Numbered from the stretch's first letter, positions 42,339 through 51,727 are shown. The stretch: DNA of 64,000 bases from an uncultured Gammaproteobacteria bacterium (GCA_965231125.1 OZ246414.1:209739-273738), one strand, 5' to 3'. The notes: generated from the letters alone by a model not told the origin. Made by a program: numbers and translations.

Positions 42339-43132
42339 TGCTTTCGATTTTCCAATACAGTTTCATTGTGCGTGGTTTTGAGGCCGGCGTCGTCGTCGCC
42401 TTAATTGCTCCGTTGATTGGAATTTTTTTGGTGCTGCGTCGCTACTCTTTGATCGCCGATACACTAGCACATGTTTCGCTAGCTGGAGTGGCCATTGGGT
42501 TGCTTTTAAAGGTGAGCCCATTAATTACCGCTATTATTGTATCTGTTGCGTCCTCAGCCGCTATTGAACGTTTGCGTATTTCCAAAAAAGTTTATGGAGA
42601 AAGTGCCCTTGCAATTTTTCTTTCCGGAAGCTTAGCGTTAGCAATTGTTCTGATTAGTGCGGCCCATGGGTTCAATATTGATATCTTCAACTATCTCTTT
42701 GGATCAATTTTGACAGTGAGACAGACTGATATTTACCTTATCGCTTCCTTAGGAATAGTGATTTTGGTAGCAGTAGCGGCCTTTTATAAGGAATTACTTT
42801 TCGTTACTTTTGACGAGGAGGCGGCAGCTGTTAGCGGAATTCCGACTCGGTTAATCAATACAATGCTGATCGTCTTGGCTGCTTTTACAGTCGCCTTGGC
42901 AATTCCAGTAGTTGGAGTTTTGTTAATCGCGGCTTTGATCGTAATTCCAGTAGTAACTGCCCTCCAATTTAAAAGGGGTTTCAAACAAACTATTCTTATT
43001 GCGGAAGCAATCTCAGTTTTCTCGGTAATAGCGGGAATATTCACCTCTTTCTACTTAAATCTTTCCGCAGGTGGAACTATAGTCTTAATTGCGTTAGCAA
43101 TATTTTTAATTGCGTTAATTATTAACGATTGA
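42338..43132 (+). CDS. znuB: Zn/Mn ABC transporter permease
   Basis: D.LAH..LAG, YLFGSI, FD...A...G, VG.LLI.AL. Confidence 0.9.
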   Translation: MLSIFQYSFIVRGFEAGVVVALIAPLIGIFLVLRRYSLIADTLAHVSLAGVAIGLLLKVSPLITAIIVSVASSAAIERLRISKKVYGESALAIFLSGSLALAIVLISAAHGFNIDIFNYLFGSILTVRQTDIYLIASLGIVILVAVAAFYKELLFVTFDEEAAAVSGIPTRLINTMLIVLAAFTVALAIPVVGVLLIAALIVIPVVTALQFKRGFKQTILIAEAISVFSVIAGIFTSFYLNLSAGGTIVLIALAIFLIALIIND

Positions 43133-43157
43133 AAAAACCGTTTGTTATAATTAGTTT

Positions 43158-43529
43158 ATGGGCAGTAACGTTGAGATAAACGATACTTTACAGATTTCAA
43201 AAGAACAAGGTTTCCCGGGGGAATTAGATTTCGAAAGACACAAAGAAAAACCTTTTACAGCGGAGGATTTTAAGGAGAAAGTTTTTGAATTCAAAAACAA
43301 AAAGGGTGTGCGGATTTATAAAAGTCCGCCAGTCCGAAACTTTTTAGTTGAAAATAAAGCCGGCAAGTGGCTTTATTGGGGGTTGATCTATATCTTAGAG
43401 GTGACTAACAATTACGAGAAACAAATAACCTCAGGAAAGTATAAAATAATTTACATATATACACCTGAGGAAATGAGGCAGGCCCATAAATTGATAGATA
43501 GAGATCACGAAACAGGTTTTTTTGACTAA
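43158..43529 (+). CDS. Hypothetical protein (possibly DUF2584-like)
   Basis: Clean ORF with own -10 (TGTTATAAT); family guess from recalled resemblance only. Confidence 0.55.
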   Translation: MGSNVEINDTLQISKEQGFPGELDFERHKEKPFTAEDFKEKVFEFKNKKGVRIYKSPPVRNFLVENKAGKWLYWGLIYILEVTNNYEKQITSGKYKIIYIYTPEEMRQAHKLIDRDHETGFFD

Positions 43530-43647
43530 ATTTATTTAGTTTCCGTCAACCGATATCTGCCTTCGCACCCGTAATCTTTTTACAATAACCGCTCTTGACT
43601 AAAATTTGATGCCAGAGTACAATTAGTTTTTGCAAGAAAGGTAGCAC

Positions 43648-44082
43648 ATGCGAAATATCATCATTGGTGTAATAATAATTGTTTTGATAATAGTTGGTGT
43701 ATGGTACTTTTCAGGTAAGAACAAAGGGTACAATACCCCAACTAACAGCTCGCAGAACCCATCTACTTCAAGCAGCCAAACCAAGTCTAACCAGACTGGC
43801 ACGACCCAAAAGCAATCTCAAGCATCTACCAGTGCTGTTACAATCCAAAACTTTGCTTTTAGCCCGGCGGACATTACCGTCAAAAAAGGTACTAAGGTGA
43901 CTTGGACCAATCAAGACAGCACTGCCCACACCGTAACTGAGACGGATGGTCAAAATGGGCCGGGTAGCGGTACTTTAAACCAAGGACAAACTTATTCTTT
44001 CACTTTTGACAGTGTTGGTACGTTCCACTACCACTGCTCGATCCACACTAGTATGACAGGTATGGTGACTGTTACCGAATAA
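43648..44082 (+). CDS. Cupredoxin/plastocyanin-like copper-binding protein
   Basis: NFAFSP, VTWTN.D..HTV, YHCSIH..M type-1 Cu ligands. Confidence 0.9.
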   Translation: MRNIIIGVIIIVLIIVGVWYFSGKNKGYNTPTNSSQNPSTSSSQTKSNQTGTTQKQSQASTSAVTIQNFAFSPADITVKKGTKVTWTNQDSTAHTVTETDGQNGPGSGTLNQGQTYSFTFDSVGTFHYHCSIHTSMTGMVTVTE

Positions 44083-44288
44083 CACCTGGCAAAGCCTTTA
44101 TCGGGCGTTCTATTCTTTGCAGATTTAACTAGATTTATGATGAGACATTGCTTTGTTTATGTCTGCGTTAGCACCGGCCAGCTTAGCCGCCTTTAGTGAT
44201 TAGTTGAATGGTAATGTAATCTAGCGCAGCCATTTTTTGACAATAGGTTGGTGGTTATGGAAGGGAATCCAAGCCGGCCTTGATGAGC

Positions 44289-44609
44289 CTAGACTTCATT
44301 AGGATTGAGAAACAGATAAACTGGAACGGCTAAGATGCCGATATGTTCTAAAGTGTCGCCTACACTACCAAACCCAGAGACAAGGATCACCCCAATTATC
44401 CAGGCGGCAGCGTAGACAGAGACATATTTTCGGAATAAACCTAAAATCAGGAGAATACCAACTAGACCATCACTTACTCCGATTAGCTTTACAATGGTCT
44501 CGGCCGAAAAAGGTACCACACTAGTTAAAAAAGAATTTTTAACTAATTCTGTGAATTCATCAGGCGCGAAAAAAGCAGTGTAAGAGTTGGCTATAAAAAT
44601 CAGACCCAA
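44289..44609 (-). CDS. DoxX-like membrane protein (start uncertain)
   Basis: 3-4 TM helices, IG..D.LVGILLILG pattern. Confidence 0.55.
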   Translation of the reverse strand: MGLIFIANSYTAFFAPDEFTELVKNSFLTSVVPFSAETIVKLIGVSDGLVGILLILGLFRKYVSVYAAAWIIGVILVSGFGSVGDTLEHIGILAVPVYLFLNPNEV

Positions 44610-44812
44610 GCCGACGCCGATTATTTCCGGGGAAAATTTTTTCAGGTTTTGAATAATAATCGGTTGCCTCCAAGTAAAGATTAGTAACAGTTAATTATAT
44701 TTGGAGTATTTTGAAAAAAGCAAGCTTTATTAAACCGGCTGGCCTTGATGGACTCCTCACTAGATTTGTGATATAATTCATTTATTGACAATTTAATATT
44801 TACTGGACGTTG

Positions 44813-44914
44813 AAAGGCATCTAGTAACTGGAGTTGAATGTTTAAGTAAGTTGTCATTGCGTGACCCGCCCTGAAATCTTGGACATCGAAACCAGTTGTC
44901 GGATGCCTTTTTTT
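44813..44914 (+). other. About 100-nt interrupted hairpin ending in a T-run, upstream of the integrase remnant
   Basis: AAAGGCATCT/GGATGCCTTT, AACTGG/CCAGTT, ATGTTTAAG/CTTGGACAT. Confidence 0.65.
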
Positions 44915-44936
44915 GTATCTTAATCTTAACAAAATT

Positions 44937-45263
44937 ATGATAGATTATAAGTTTTTACCGAAAGATTTAAAGCAATACCTCGGGCCCAATTACAATTGGA
45001 TAATTGCTTCCGGAGAAAGTAAGTTAACTGCTAAAAATCAGACCAACGATTTACGTTCGATTCTTAATTCAATTGGGAGATTTAACTACGCAGATTTTAG
45101 AAGGTTCATTCAAATAAAACGGGAATTAGGTGAATCTAATCTATATTTAAACTCCCGTATTTTGGGAGCGAGGCAATTTGCGCAGTTTTTGAAACAACAA
45201 GAATTTGCTGTTGACGCGCAGCTTTTAACCTACCCTATCTTCAAGCCTGAGTTAGTTCATTAG
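44937..45263 (+). pseudogene. Truncated tyrosine recombinase (N-terminal core-binding domain only)
   Basis: S..T.K....DL, DFRRFI...RE.G.S...LN.RI...RQFA.FL; stops before any catalytic domain. Confidence 0.55.
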
Positions 45264-45276
45264 GTATTTGAATTTC

Positions 45277-45357
45277 TGGTTGGCCTTATTGGACCGCACT
45301 TCGTTGAAACTTCGCGCGGCTGGCGATTTGGAGGAACCTCTGGCCTCAATTAAGTTC
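45277..45357. repeat. att-like repeat, copy A
   Basis: About 80% identical (hand alignment) to 46931-47010. Confidence 0.85.
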
Positions 45358-45391
45358 TTTTGATTTTTCTCCTATACACCTAAACCATTTC

Positions 45392-45838
45392 TTAGGTTGC
45401 TAGCTCTTTACTAAATTTTGTGAAAATTCTTCTAATTTCCCTTTCAAGCCTCTCCTGTGTTATTCCGTTTCGATTGGCTTCTACAACAATAATAGCTAAT
45501 TCGTAAAGAGATTCTCTAGGAATTGTGAAATCAACCCCATGAGCTAATAAAAATACATGTGTAGAAAGAACGGCTGTTCTTTTGTTACCTTCAAATAAAG
45601 GGTGTTCGCAAGCTATCTTAATAAAATAGGCAACTGCGGCGTTTAAAACTGTGGGTTTTACATACTTATTAACAATAGATAGTTGAACTGAGCCAAGAAT
45701 GCTTTCTAGTTTCCCGGGGGTTCTACGGTCGAAAGGTTCAGTTGGGTCGCCAAGACTAATCTGCAAGTTCTCGTAGGCGGTCTTGTAAATCTCTACTGTT
45801 AGATAATTCTTTGGGGGTAGAGTCAGATTCTTTATCAT
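45392..45838 (-). CDS. Fic/Doc family toxin
   Basis: HPLFEGNKRTA Fic motif; about 150 aa, Doc-like. Confidence 0.85.
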   Translation of the reverse strand: MIKNLTLPPKNYLTVEIYKTAYENLQISLGDPTEPFDRRTPGKLESILGSVQLSIVNKYVKPTVLNAAVAYFIKIACEHPLFEGNKRTAVLSTHVFLLAHGVDFTIPRESLYELAIIVVEANRNGITQERLEREIRRIFTKFSKELAT

Positions 45839-45926
45839 ATTTTTCAAGCAGCTCGTAAGTTTTGCGGTATTTTTTTATGCTGTGATTAATATTTTTTTGG
45901 ATTATCTTTTTCTCGGAAGTTGTCAT
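45756..45926 (-). CDS. Candidate 56-aa antitoxin overlapping the Doc ORF (absent from the ORF track)
   Basis: MTTSEKKIIQKNINHSIKKYRKTYELLEKYD...RLRELAD; -10-like TATACT just upstream. Confidence 0.55.
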   Translation of the reverse strand: MTTSEKKIIQKNINHSIKKYRKTYELLEKYDKESDSTPKELSNSRDLQDRLRELAD

Positions 45927-46090
45927 ATGTAGCAGTATACTACAATTCTACAAATAAAGTGAAAATCAAGCAACACTTGACAGGTTTATGCTTTATCACC
46001 AAAGTGCTAGAATAACACCTTGCAGGTGATGTTTTTTGACAAAATAACACTCTAGCGAGTGATGTTTTCTCATCAATTAATGATTCGAAA

Positions 46091-46321
46091 ATGGCAGCTA
46101 TGAAAATTAAAAATTTATTATTGAAAATTATTCTTTCGCTTCTCGGTTTAATTATTCTTACCATTGTTGGCAGCCTTCTTTATTTGAGATTAAGCTGTAA
46201 GGCTATTCAAATTATCAAGACTCATAAGGGCAATACACAATATTCAATAATAAGCCAGCGGGGAGATTCTCACGAACCAGCAAGTTGTAGTGGATTTCCG
46301 GTGGTAGTTGGAATGGAATAG
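46091..46321 (+). CDS. Small membrane-anchored hypothetical protein
   Basis: One TM helix and two Cys. Confidence 0.45.
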   Translation: MAAMKIKNLLLKIILSLLGLIILTIVGSLLYLRLSCKAIQIIKTHKGNTQYSIISQRGDSHEPASCSGFPVVVGME

Positions 46322-46357
46322 TATTTTTAGAAAAAGAGACTCAGGCACGAATTTCAT

Positions 46358-46374
46358 TGGTCGGCCTTGTTAGG
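46358..46374. repeat. att-like repeat, copy B (core only)
   Basis: TGGTCGGCCTTGTT, identical to the start of the 46931 copy. Confidence 0.7.
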
Positions 46375-46412
46375 CTCAGACAGTTGGCGGGGCCCAGTGG
46401 CGAGCTCAGTCC

Positions 46413-46778
46413 TCAGCTCACCGCTTTCTTCACGAGCGCGCCGATCTTTGCCTCTTCGGCGGCAGTCAACCCCTTCAGCGCGAAGGCGATTGGCCACATG
46501 TGGCCTTCGTCGAGGTTCGCCTCGTCGTTGAAACCGAGCGTCATGTACCTCTCCTTGAACTTCTCCCCGCCGCGGAAGAAGCAGATAACCTTGCCGTCCT
46601 TGGCATACGCGGGCATCCCGTACCAGACCCTCGGCGAGAGGGTTGGCGCGCTCTCTTTGATGATAGCATGGAGCCGCTCGCCCATGGCGCGATACGGTCC
46701 CGGCATCGCGTCGATCGCCGCGAGCACCGCGGCCTCGCCGTCGGCCTTCTTCGTCGCCTTCTTGTCGACTACTTGCAT
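46413..46778 (-). CDS. DUF1801 (YdhG-like) protein, high GC
   Basis: ERLHAII..SAP.L.PR.WYGMPAY, KFKERY.TLGF.D.ANLDEG.MWP. Confidence 0.85.
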   Translation of the reverse strand: MQVVDKKATKKADGEAAVLAAIDAMPGPYRAMGERLHAIIKESAPTLSPRVWYGMPAYAKDGKVICFFRGGEKFKERYMTLGFNDEANLDEGHMWPIAFALKGLTAAEEAKIGALVKKAVS

Positions 46779-46930
46779 ATAGGGTTCCTTTCTACTGCGA
46801 TTAATATTTTTGTAAAACCACGTTAATTGGTATTAAAGTTATTGTCAATGGTTTTAGTATGAGTTCCAAAAACGTTACTATCCCCACAGAAAAAGAAGTT
46901 TCTGTCGAAAATATTTAGCTTCAAAAACCT

Positions 46931-47010
46931 TGGTCGGCCTTGTTGGACTACACTTCGCTAAAGCTCGCGTAGCAGGCGATTTCGAGGAACCTCTGTCCGC
47001 AATTGAGCTC
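46931..47010. repeat. att-like repeat, copy C
   Basis: Homologous to 45277-45357, with compensatory stem changes. Confidence 0.85.
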
Positions 47011-47027
47011 GTTAGTTAAAACACAGC

Positions 47028-47720
47028 TTATTCAGATTTACCGCCCGTTGTTAAAAGCCGGTCGTGATTATATCGGAGTAACATTATCCCAATAAGTAGA
47101 GCAAAGCCAAATAAATACCCGCTAATTACATCGGATAACCAGTGTAGGTGTAGATAGATACGAGACGGGCCAACTAACAACACGACAGTTAACTCGACTA
47201 ATAGAAGCATTAAACGAAGTTTTTTATTTTTGATGTACAACAAGGTAAGAATTGCTAAATAGCCAAAGAAAACAACGTATGAAGCAGTATGGCCCGAAGG
47301 ATAACAAGTCTCGTGCCAAAAAGTTTTTTGAAGAAAGGAAAGATTGAACACCTCGTGAAAGGAAACAATTTTGCTAAAGGGAGAAGCTGGGCATTCTACT
47401 CGAAAGATGAGTTTTACCACGAATTCAGTTAAAAACCAGCCGGAAAAGCTCAATGGAAGCATTTTTGCTTCAAAATTATTCTTCTTGCGACGGAAATAAA
47501 CAAACAGCCATATTAAAACACCTACAATTGGCACATAGAGAAAAGCCAGAAACCTAGAAACATAATAAAGGAGATTGTTCAGTGAGAAAGGTAGGTTTTG
47601 GTTAAGATAAACGTCAATCGGTGTTAGTTGCCCACTCATTACTATAAAAGTGAATACGACAAAGGCCACAAGAAGCAGGCAAAAAATAATTGAATAGGTG
47701 CTGTACTTTAGAGAAAGCAT
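47028..47720 (-). CDS. PAP2-family phosphatase (membrane)
   Basis: K.IFR, YPSGH, SRIYL.LHW.SDV..G. Confidence 0.88.
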   Translation of the reverse strand: MLSLKYSTYSIIFCLLLVAFVVFTFIVMSGQLTPIDVYLNQNLPFSLNNLLYYVSRFLAFLYVPIVGVLIWLFVYFRRKKNNFEAKMLPLSFSGWFLTEFVVKLIFRVECPASPFSKIVSFHEVFNLSFLQKTFWHETCYPSGHTASYVVFFGYLAILTLLYIKNKKLRLMLLLVELTVVLLVGPSRIYLHLHWLSDVISGYLFGFALLIGIMLLRYNHDRLLTTGGKSE

Positions 47721-47810
47721 TTGATGCTATTTTGGATTTTACACCAAAAATGCTAGAATAACACCCAACGCTACTAAAGTTATGCTGGGCGATCCCACAT
47801 TTCACCAAGG

Positions 47811-48236
47811 CTATTTATGATGCTTTTGAAGAAATTTTTTTGGGGTTGCTATCTGAATTTTTGGAATTATCCTTTGCGATTCTTCAGTTAGAATGTGTTT
47901 TCTATCCAGACTAACTAAAAAATCTGACTTGGATTCTTGGGCTGAAATAAGAATGTGCCGATCTTTTTGATCTATGTCTTTTAATTTCTCAAGCTTTTCT
48001 TCCTCCGGAAAAGGTAAAATTTTGAAGTAATCTTCTTCCAGCCAGTTTAGAAACAGTTGATATTTTTCTTGATTTAATTTCCTTCTGATAGCTTCTTCGG
48101 ACTCTGCCACCACACCTTCATTTATCCAACCGTCAAGTTTCCCTTTCTCTATCAGATTAATTATTTCAAAAGAGCCGCCGGTTTGTGAACCAGCGGCAGC
48201 AACAATTACAGAGGAGTCTAGGAAAACCTTTATCAT
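47811..48236 (-). CDS. PIN-domain toxin (VapC-like)
   Basis: VFLDSSV, E, D.HIL..A, LVSLD..H. Confidence 0.88.
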   Translation of the reverse strand: MIKVFLDSSVIVAAAGSQTGGSFEIINLIEKGKLDGWINEGVVAESEEAIRRKLNQEKYQLFLNWLEEDYFKILPFPEEEKLEKLKDIDQKDRHILISAQESKSDFLVSLDRKHILTEESQRIIPKIQIATPKKFLQKHHK

Positions 48237-48454
48237 TCTAACTTATCTTCTTCAAGAAAACTCTCTATCTCTTTATCAGTGTATTTCCGCAAATATTTGG
48301 TTGGAATACTTTTCAGCGGCTTAATTATGAGTTCGCCTTCTTTAATACTTACATCAAGGAGAGTATTTTCATCTATCTCTAGTTGTTTGCGAAAGGTCGC
48401 AGGAATAGTAATTTGGCCCTTTGGTAATGGTTTTACAACTTCGGAAGTCTTCAT
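48233..48454 (-). CDS. AbrB/MazE-family antitoxin
   Basis: KGQITIP..FRKQL.I; overlaps the PIN gene start. Confidence 0.88.
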   Translation of the reverse strand: MKTSEVVKPLPKGQITIPATFRKQLEIDENTLLDVSIKEGELIIKPLKSIPTKYLRKYTDKEIESFLEEDKLE

Positions 48455-48456
48455 AT

Positions 48457-48492
48457 AGTTAGAATTTTAGAATTTCTAACTTTCTTTGTCAA
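48457..48492 (-). promoter_or_regulatory. Toxin-antitoxin promoter with a probable autorepression operator
   Basis: TTGACA-17-TAAAAT on the minus strand, overlapped by the inverted repeat AGTTAGAA...TTCTAACT. Confidence 0.65.
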
Positions 48493-48498
48493 GTATGT

Positions 48499-48572
48499 TG
48501 GTCGGGGAGGAGGGAATCGGACCCACGATACCGCACCCCCAGCGCGGTGTATTACCACTATACTACTCCCCG
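48499..48572 (-). tRNA. tRNA-Pro (GGG)
   Basis: Cloverleaf: acceptor CGGGGAG/CTCCCCG, anticodon arm CCGCG-CTGGGGG-TGCGG, encoded ACCA end. Confidence 0.93.
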
Positions 48573-48659
48573 AATGAAGTCATGGTGAGATTGAAATTAT
48601 ATCCGTTTTTGTGTTACTCTTCAAATGTAACCTTTGCATTGTAGAATTTATCTGCCTAT

Positions 48660-49571
48660 ATGGATTTTAGTCAATTAATTTCAGAAGCTTTTAACATCAC
48701 TCGTAGAAATCGGGCGCTCTGGATCTTCGGAGCAATATCCGCAATTTTTGGCGCCGGTCCACCCTTCATAAATTTCATCTTTAGTTTTCCTACCAATTTC
48801 GGCACGTCGAGTAACATGAATGACTTTCAAAACTCAATGTCTACGAACTTTGACTTTTTGAAATACATAGATTCATCGGTTTGGGCCACCATTGTAATCG
48901 CCGGATTGATAGCGCTCTTAGCGATAAGTTTCTTTTTTCTCTACGTACAAATTTGGTCCTTTGTTGCTCTTGTAGCGCAGACTCTTGGGTTAACTGAGGG
49001 CAAAAGTGTTAGTTTTAGGCAAGCTTGGCAAATTGGTGAGAAATATTTTTGGAGAGTAGTTGGGGTTTGGTCTATACTCTCTTTAATAGTTTTGCCGCCA
49101 ATTATTCTTTTCATTGCCCTCCCTGTAATGTTTTTTGTAGCTGGATTAAACGTTTTTGCGCTGATAATTGGGGCAATAGAGGTTTTAATTTTTATTGTCG
49201 CATTAATGCTTTACTTGATAGTTGCGAGTATTATGGTTGAATTTAGTGTCCGGAAAATTGTGGATAGTGATACAGGAGTTTTGGAATCTATCAAAGAGAG
49301 TTGGTGGCTTTTTAGAGGAAGTTCCGGTAAAAGTTTTCTCGTTTGGCTGGTGAATGTTGCCCTAGGATTTTTCTTGGGTTTTGCGTTTTTGCTTGCCAGT
49401 GCCGTGTTTTTCTTTATTGGGGTTGCCGCTGTCGCTATTAGTGTTTGGCTCGTCGTATTGCCCATAGTAGGTTTTGTCTTAACAATTATTTTTATTAGTA
49501 TGCTCTGGAGCGTCTTTTCTACTTCTTATTGGACACTCGCTTACAGGCAGTTGTCGAAAGGAACAGAGTAA
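48660..49571 (+). CDS. Multi-pass membrane protein
   Basis: About 7 TM helices; LWIFG, YFWR, S.KESW.L. Confidence 0.75.
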   Translation: MDFSQLISEAFNITRRNRALWIFGAISAIFGAGPPFINFIFSFPTNFGTSSNMNDFQNSMSTNFDFLKYIDSSVWATIVIAGLIALLAISFFFLYVQIWSFVALVAQTLGLTEGKSVSFRQAWQIGEKYFWRVVGVWSILSLIVLPPIILFIALPVMFFVAGLNVFALIIGAIEVLIFIVALMLYLIVASIMVEFSVRKIVDSDTGVLESIKESWWLFRGSSGKSFLVWLVNVALGFFLGFAFLLASAVFFFIGVAAVAISVWLVVLPIVGFVLTIIFISMLWSVFSTSYWTLAYRQLSKGTE

Positions 49572-49572
49572 A

Positions 49573-50124
49573 ATGCAAGATAATGTCCCACCTGTAGTTG
49601 CGCCGGTGCCAAATCAAATGCGACCTCAACCAACTCCACCAGCTTTCCAGGAACAAGTGACTCCTGCCGCTCCTGTTGCTACTGCATCAGTAGCTACAGA
49701 AGTACCTGCGGAGTACGCCAGTTTTTGGCAAAGGTTCGTAGCTTCATTCGTCGATGGGTTATTAATTATTTTTGTGAGTTTCTTTTTAATCTTTATTCTT
49801 GGCGGAATTTTTAAGCCGCTTCGTGAGGGTAGTGGGCTTGCTAATATTTTAGGCTTTCCTATTTTATTAATTGCCTGGGCCTACCATGTTTATATGGTGG
49901 GAAAGTATGGGGCTACTCTTGGTAAAATGGCGGTTCATATAAAGGTTATAGATGAGAATTATCAAATTCCGACTTTTGGCAAGGCAGGGTTAAGAGAAAT
50001 AATTGGGAAGTTTGTCTCTGGCATTATCCCATTATTCATTGGTTACCTCTGGATGTTGTGGGACGATAAGAAGCAGACGGTGCATGATAAAATTGCCAGT
50101 ACGTACGTAGTTAAAGTTAAGTAA
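49573..50124 (+). CDS. RDD family protein
   Basis: YASFWQRF.A..VD, GATLGKM, RE, KQT.HDKIA.T.V. Confidence 0.92.
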   Translation: MQDNVPPVVAPVPNQMRPQPTPPAFQEQVTPAAPVATASVATEVPAEYASFWQRFVASFVDGLLIIFVSFFLIFILGGIFKPLREGSGLANILGFPILLIAWAYHVYMVGKYGATLGKMAVHIKVIDENYQIPTFGKAGLREIIGKFVSGIIPLFIGYLWMLWDDKKQTVHDKIASTYVVKVK

Positions 50125-50248
50125 TTCCTGTTATCTTGCGTTTAGTGCTAGGTAGTCATCGTGAAATTAGCTGCTTGTTTTTCTCCTATAGTTATGTTAC
50201 GGTTTTTATAGTTTTAAAAAAAGGCCTGCCTAGAAGGGGGCATTTTTT

Positions 50249-51280
50249 ATGGATACTAAAAAGTTAGAGGCGATAAAAGCCGCCATGGGAGAGATCGAAA
50301 AACAGTTTGGTAAAGGTTCTATTATGCAGCTAGGGGAGGCAGCGGCTAAAATGGATATCTCCGCGATTCCCACCGGGGCGTTAGGGCTGGATCTTGCTTT
50401 AGGAATTGGTGGTCTTCCCCGGGGAAGAGTTGTGGAAATTTTTGGCCCCGAAGGCGGCGGAAAAACTACTCTTGCTCTTCACGTAATTGCTGAGGCTCAG
50501 AAAAAAGGCGGCGCAGCTGCTTTCGTTGATGCTGAACATGCGCTGGACCCGTCCCGTGCGGAAAAAATCGGCGTCAACATTAAAGACCTTTTAGTTTCTC
50601 AACCGGACACCGGCGAACAAGCGCTAGAAATTGTTGAGACTTTAGTGCGAAGTGGAGCAATTGACGTTGTAGTTGTGGATTCCGTCGCCGCTCTGGTTCC
50701 CCGCGCCGAAGTGGAGGGGGAGATGGGCGATGCCTTTGTTGGAATTCAAGCAAGACTCATGAGTCAGGCAATGCGAAAGCTTGCCTCCGCAATTTCCAAA
50801 TCCAGAACCCTCGCGATTTTTATAAACCAACTTCGAGAAAAAGTTGGTATTATGTTTGGTAACCCGGAAGTGACTCCGGGTGGGCGGGCCTTGAAATTTT
50901 ACTCTTCGGTGCGCATCGACATCCGCAGAATAGAATCTATCACCGACGGCCCAAATGCAATTGGGAACCGGGTCAAGGCAAAAATTGTTAAAAATAAAGT
51001 GGCGCCGCCTTTCCGGGTAGCTGAGTTTGACATAATGTTCGACCGCGGAATTTCTCGAGAAGGGTCCATTGTGGACGCTGCCATTGAGACCGGTGTGGTT
51101 AAAAAAACCGGTGGGTGGTTTTCCTACGCTGGTCAAAACATCGCCCAAGGTAGAGAAGCCGCTAAATCCTACCTCGAAGAGCACGCTAAAGTAGCCGCCG
51201 AAATTGAGAAAAAGGTAAAAGAGGTTTACGCAAAAGGAGTCCCAACAACGCCTCCTAAAGAAGAGTCTGAAGAAGATTAA
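50249..51280 (+). CDS. recA: Recombinase RecA
   Basis: [35 protein letters not shown]. Confidence 0.99.
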   Translation: MDTKKLEAIKAAMGEIEKQFGKGSIMQLGEAAAKMDISAIPTGALGLDLALGIGGLPRGRVVEIFGPEGGGKTTLALHVIAEAQKKGGAAAFVDAEHALDPSRAEKIGVNIKDLLVSQPDTGEQALEIVETLVRSGAIDVVVVDSVAALVPRAEVEGEMGDAFVGIQARLMSQAMRKLASAISKSRTLAIFINQLREKVGIMFGNPEVTPGGRALKFYSSVRIDIRRIESITDGPNAIGNRVKAKIVKNKVAPPFRVAEFDIMFDRGISREGSIVDAAIETGVVKKTGGWFSYAGQNIAQGREAAKSYLEEHAKVAAEIEKKVKEVYAKGVPTTPPKEESEED

Positions 51281-51316
51281 AGCCGTCCAAGAATAAATCC
51301 CAGACGGCGTTGAAGT

Positions 51317-51727
51317 CTAGTTGGAGTTCCCTTCTGGTACGATAACTTCGGTGGTGCGATCAAGGATGATTGGACGTTCACTAAGCTCGTACCAGTCGGT
51401 CTGCATCCTGTCGCTATCCACTTTTTTGGTTGGACGTGCTTGAACACCATTCACGACTTGGTCTCCAATCAGAAGCCATTGGTTAAGCTCCCCAACCTGT
51501 CTGCAGATATCTCCTCTTTCAAGATCTCCGGCGGTTGGTAGTTGGACGATTTTTTCTACTTTTTCGTGGAGCTTTACACTAGTTAACTCCCCATCTTCAG
51601 TTCGAAAGTTAAACCCATCTCCTTCTGGAACACGTGTCCAGACCTCACCTCCGACTATAATCCGTTCTCGAAGTCCAACTTCGTGGGCCGACACCTTGAC
51701 AGTGGCCATCAAACCAGTTCCAACCAT
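51317..51727 (-). CDS. Hypothetical protein between recA and recX
   Basis: 136-aa ORF with purine-rich SD, upstream promoter and downstream hairpin. Confidence 0.65.
   Translation of the reverse strand: MVGTGLMATVKVSAHEVGLRERIIVGGEVWTRVPEGDGFNFRTEDGELTSVKLHEKVEKIVQLPTAGDLERGDICRQVGELNQWLLIGDQVVNGVQARPTKKVDSDRMQTDWYELSERPIILDRTTEVIVPEGNSN

Noticed and set aside
46357-46826. Plus-strand ORFs 46357-46782 and 46500-46826
   Set aside because: They are antisense to the GC-rich DUF1801 gene, where open frames are expected.
50444-50470. RecA Walker A variant GPEGGGKTT
   Set aside because: It still fits GxxxxGKT, so there is no basis for claiming altered function.
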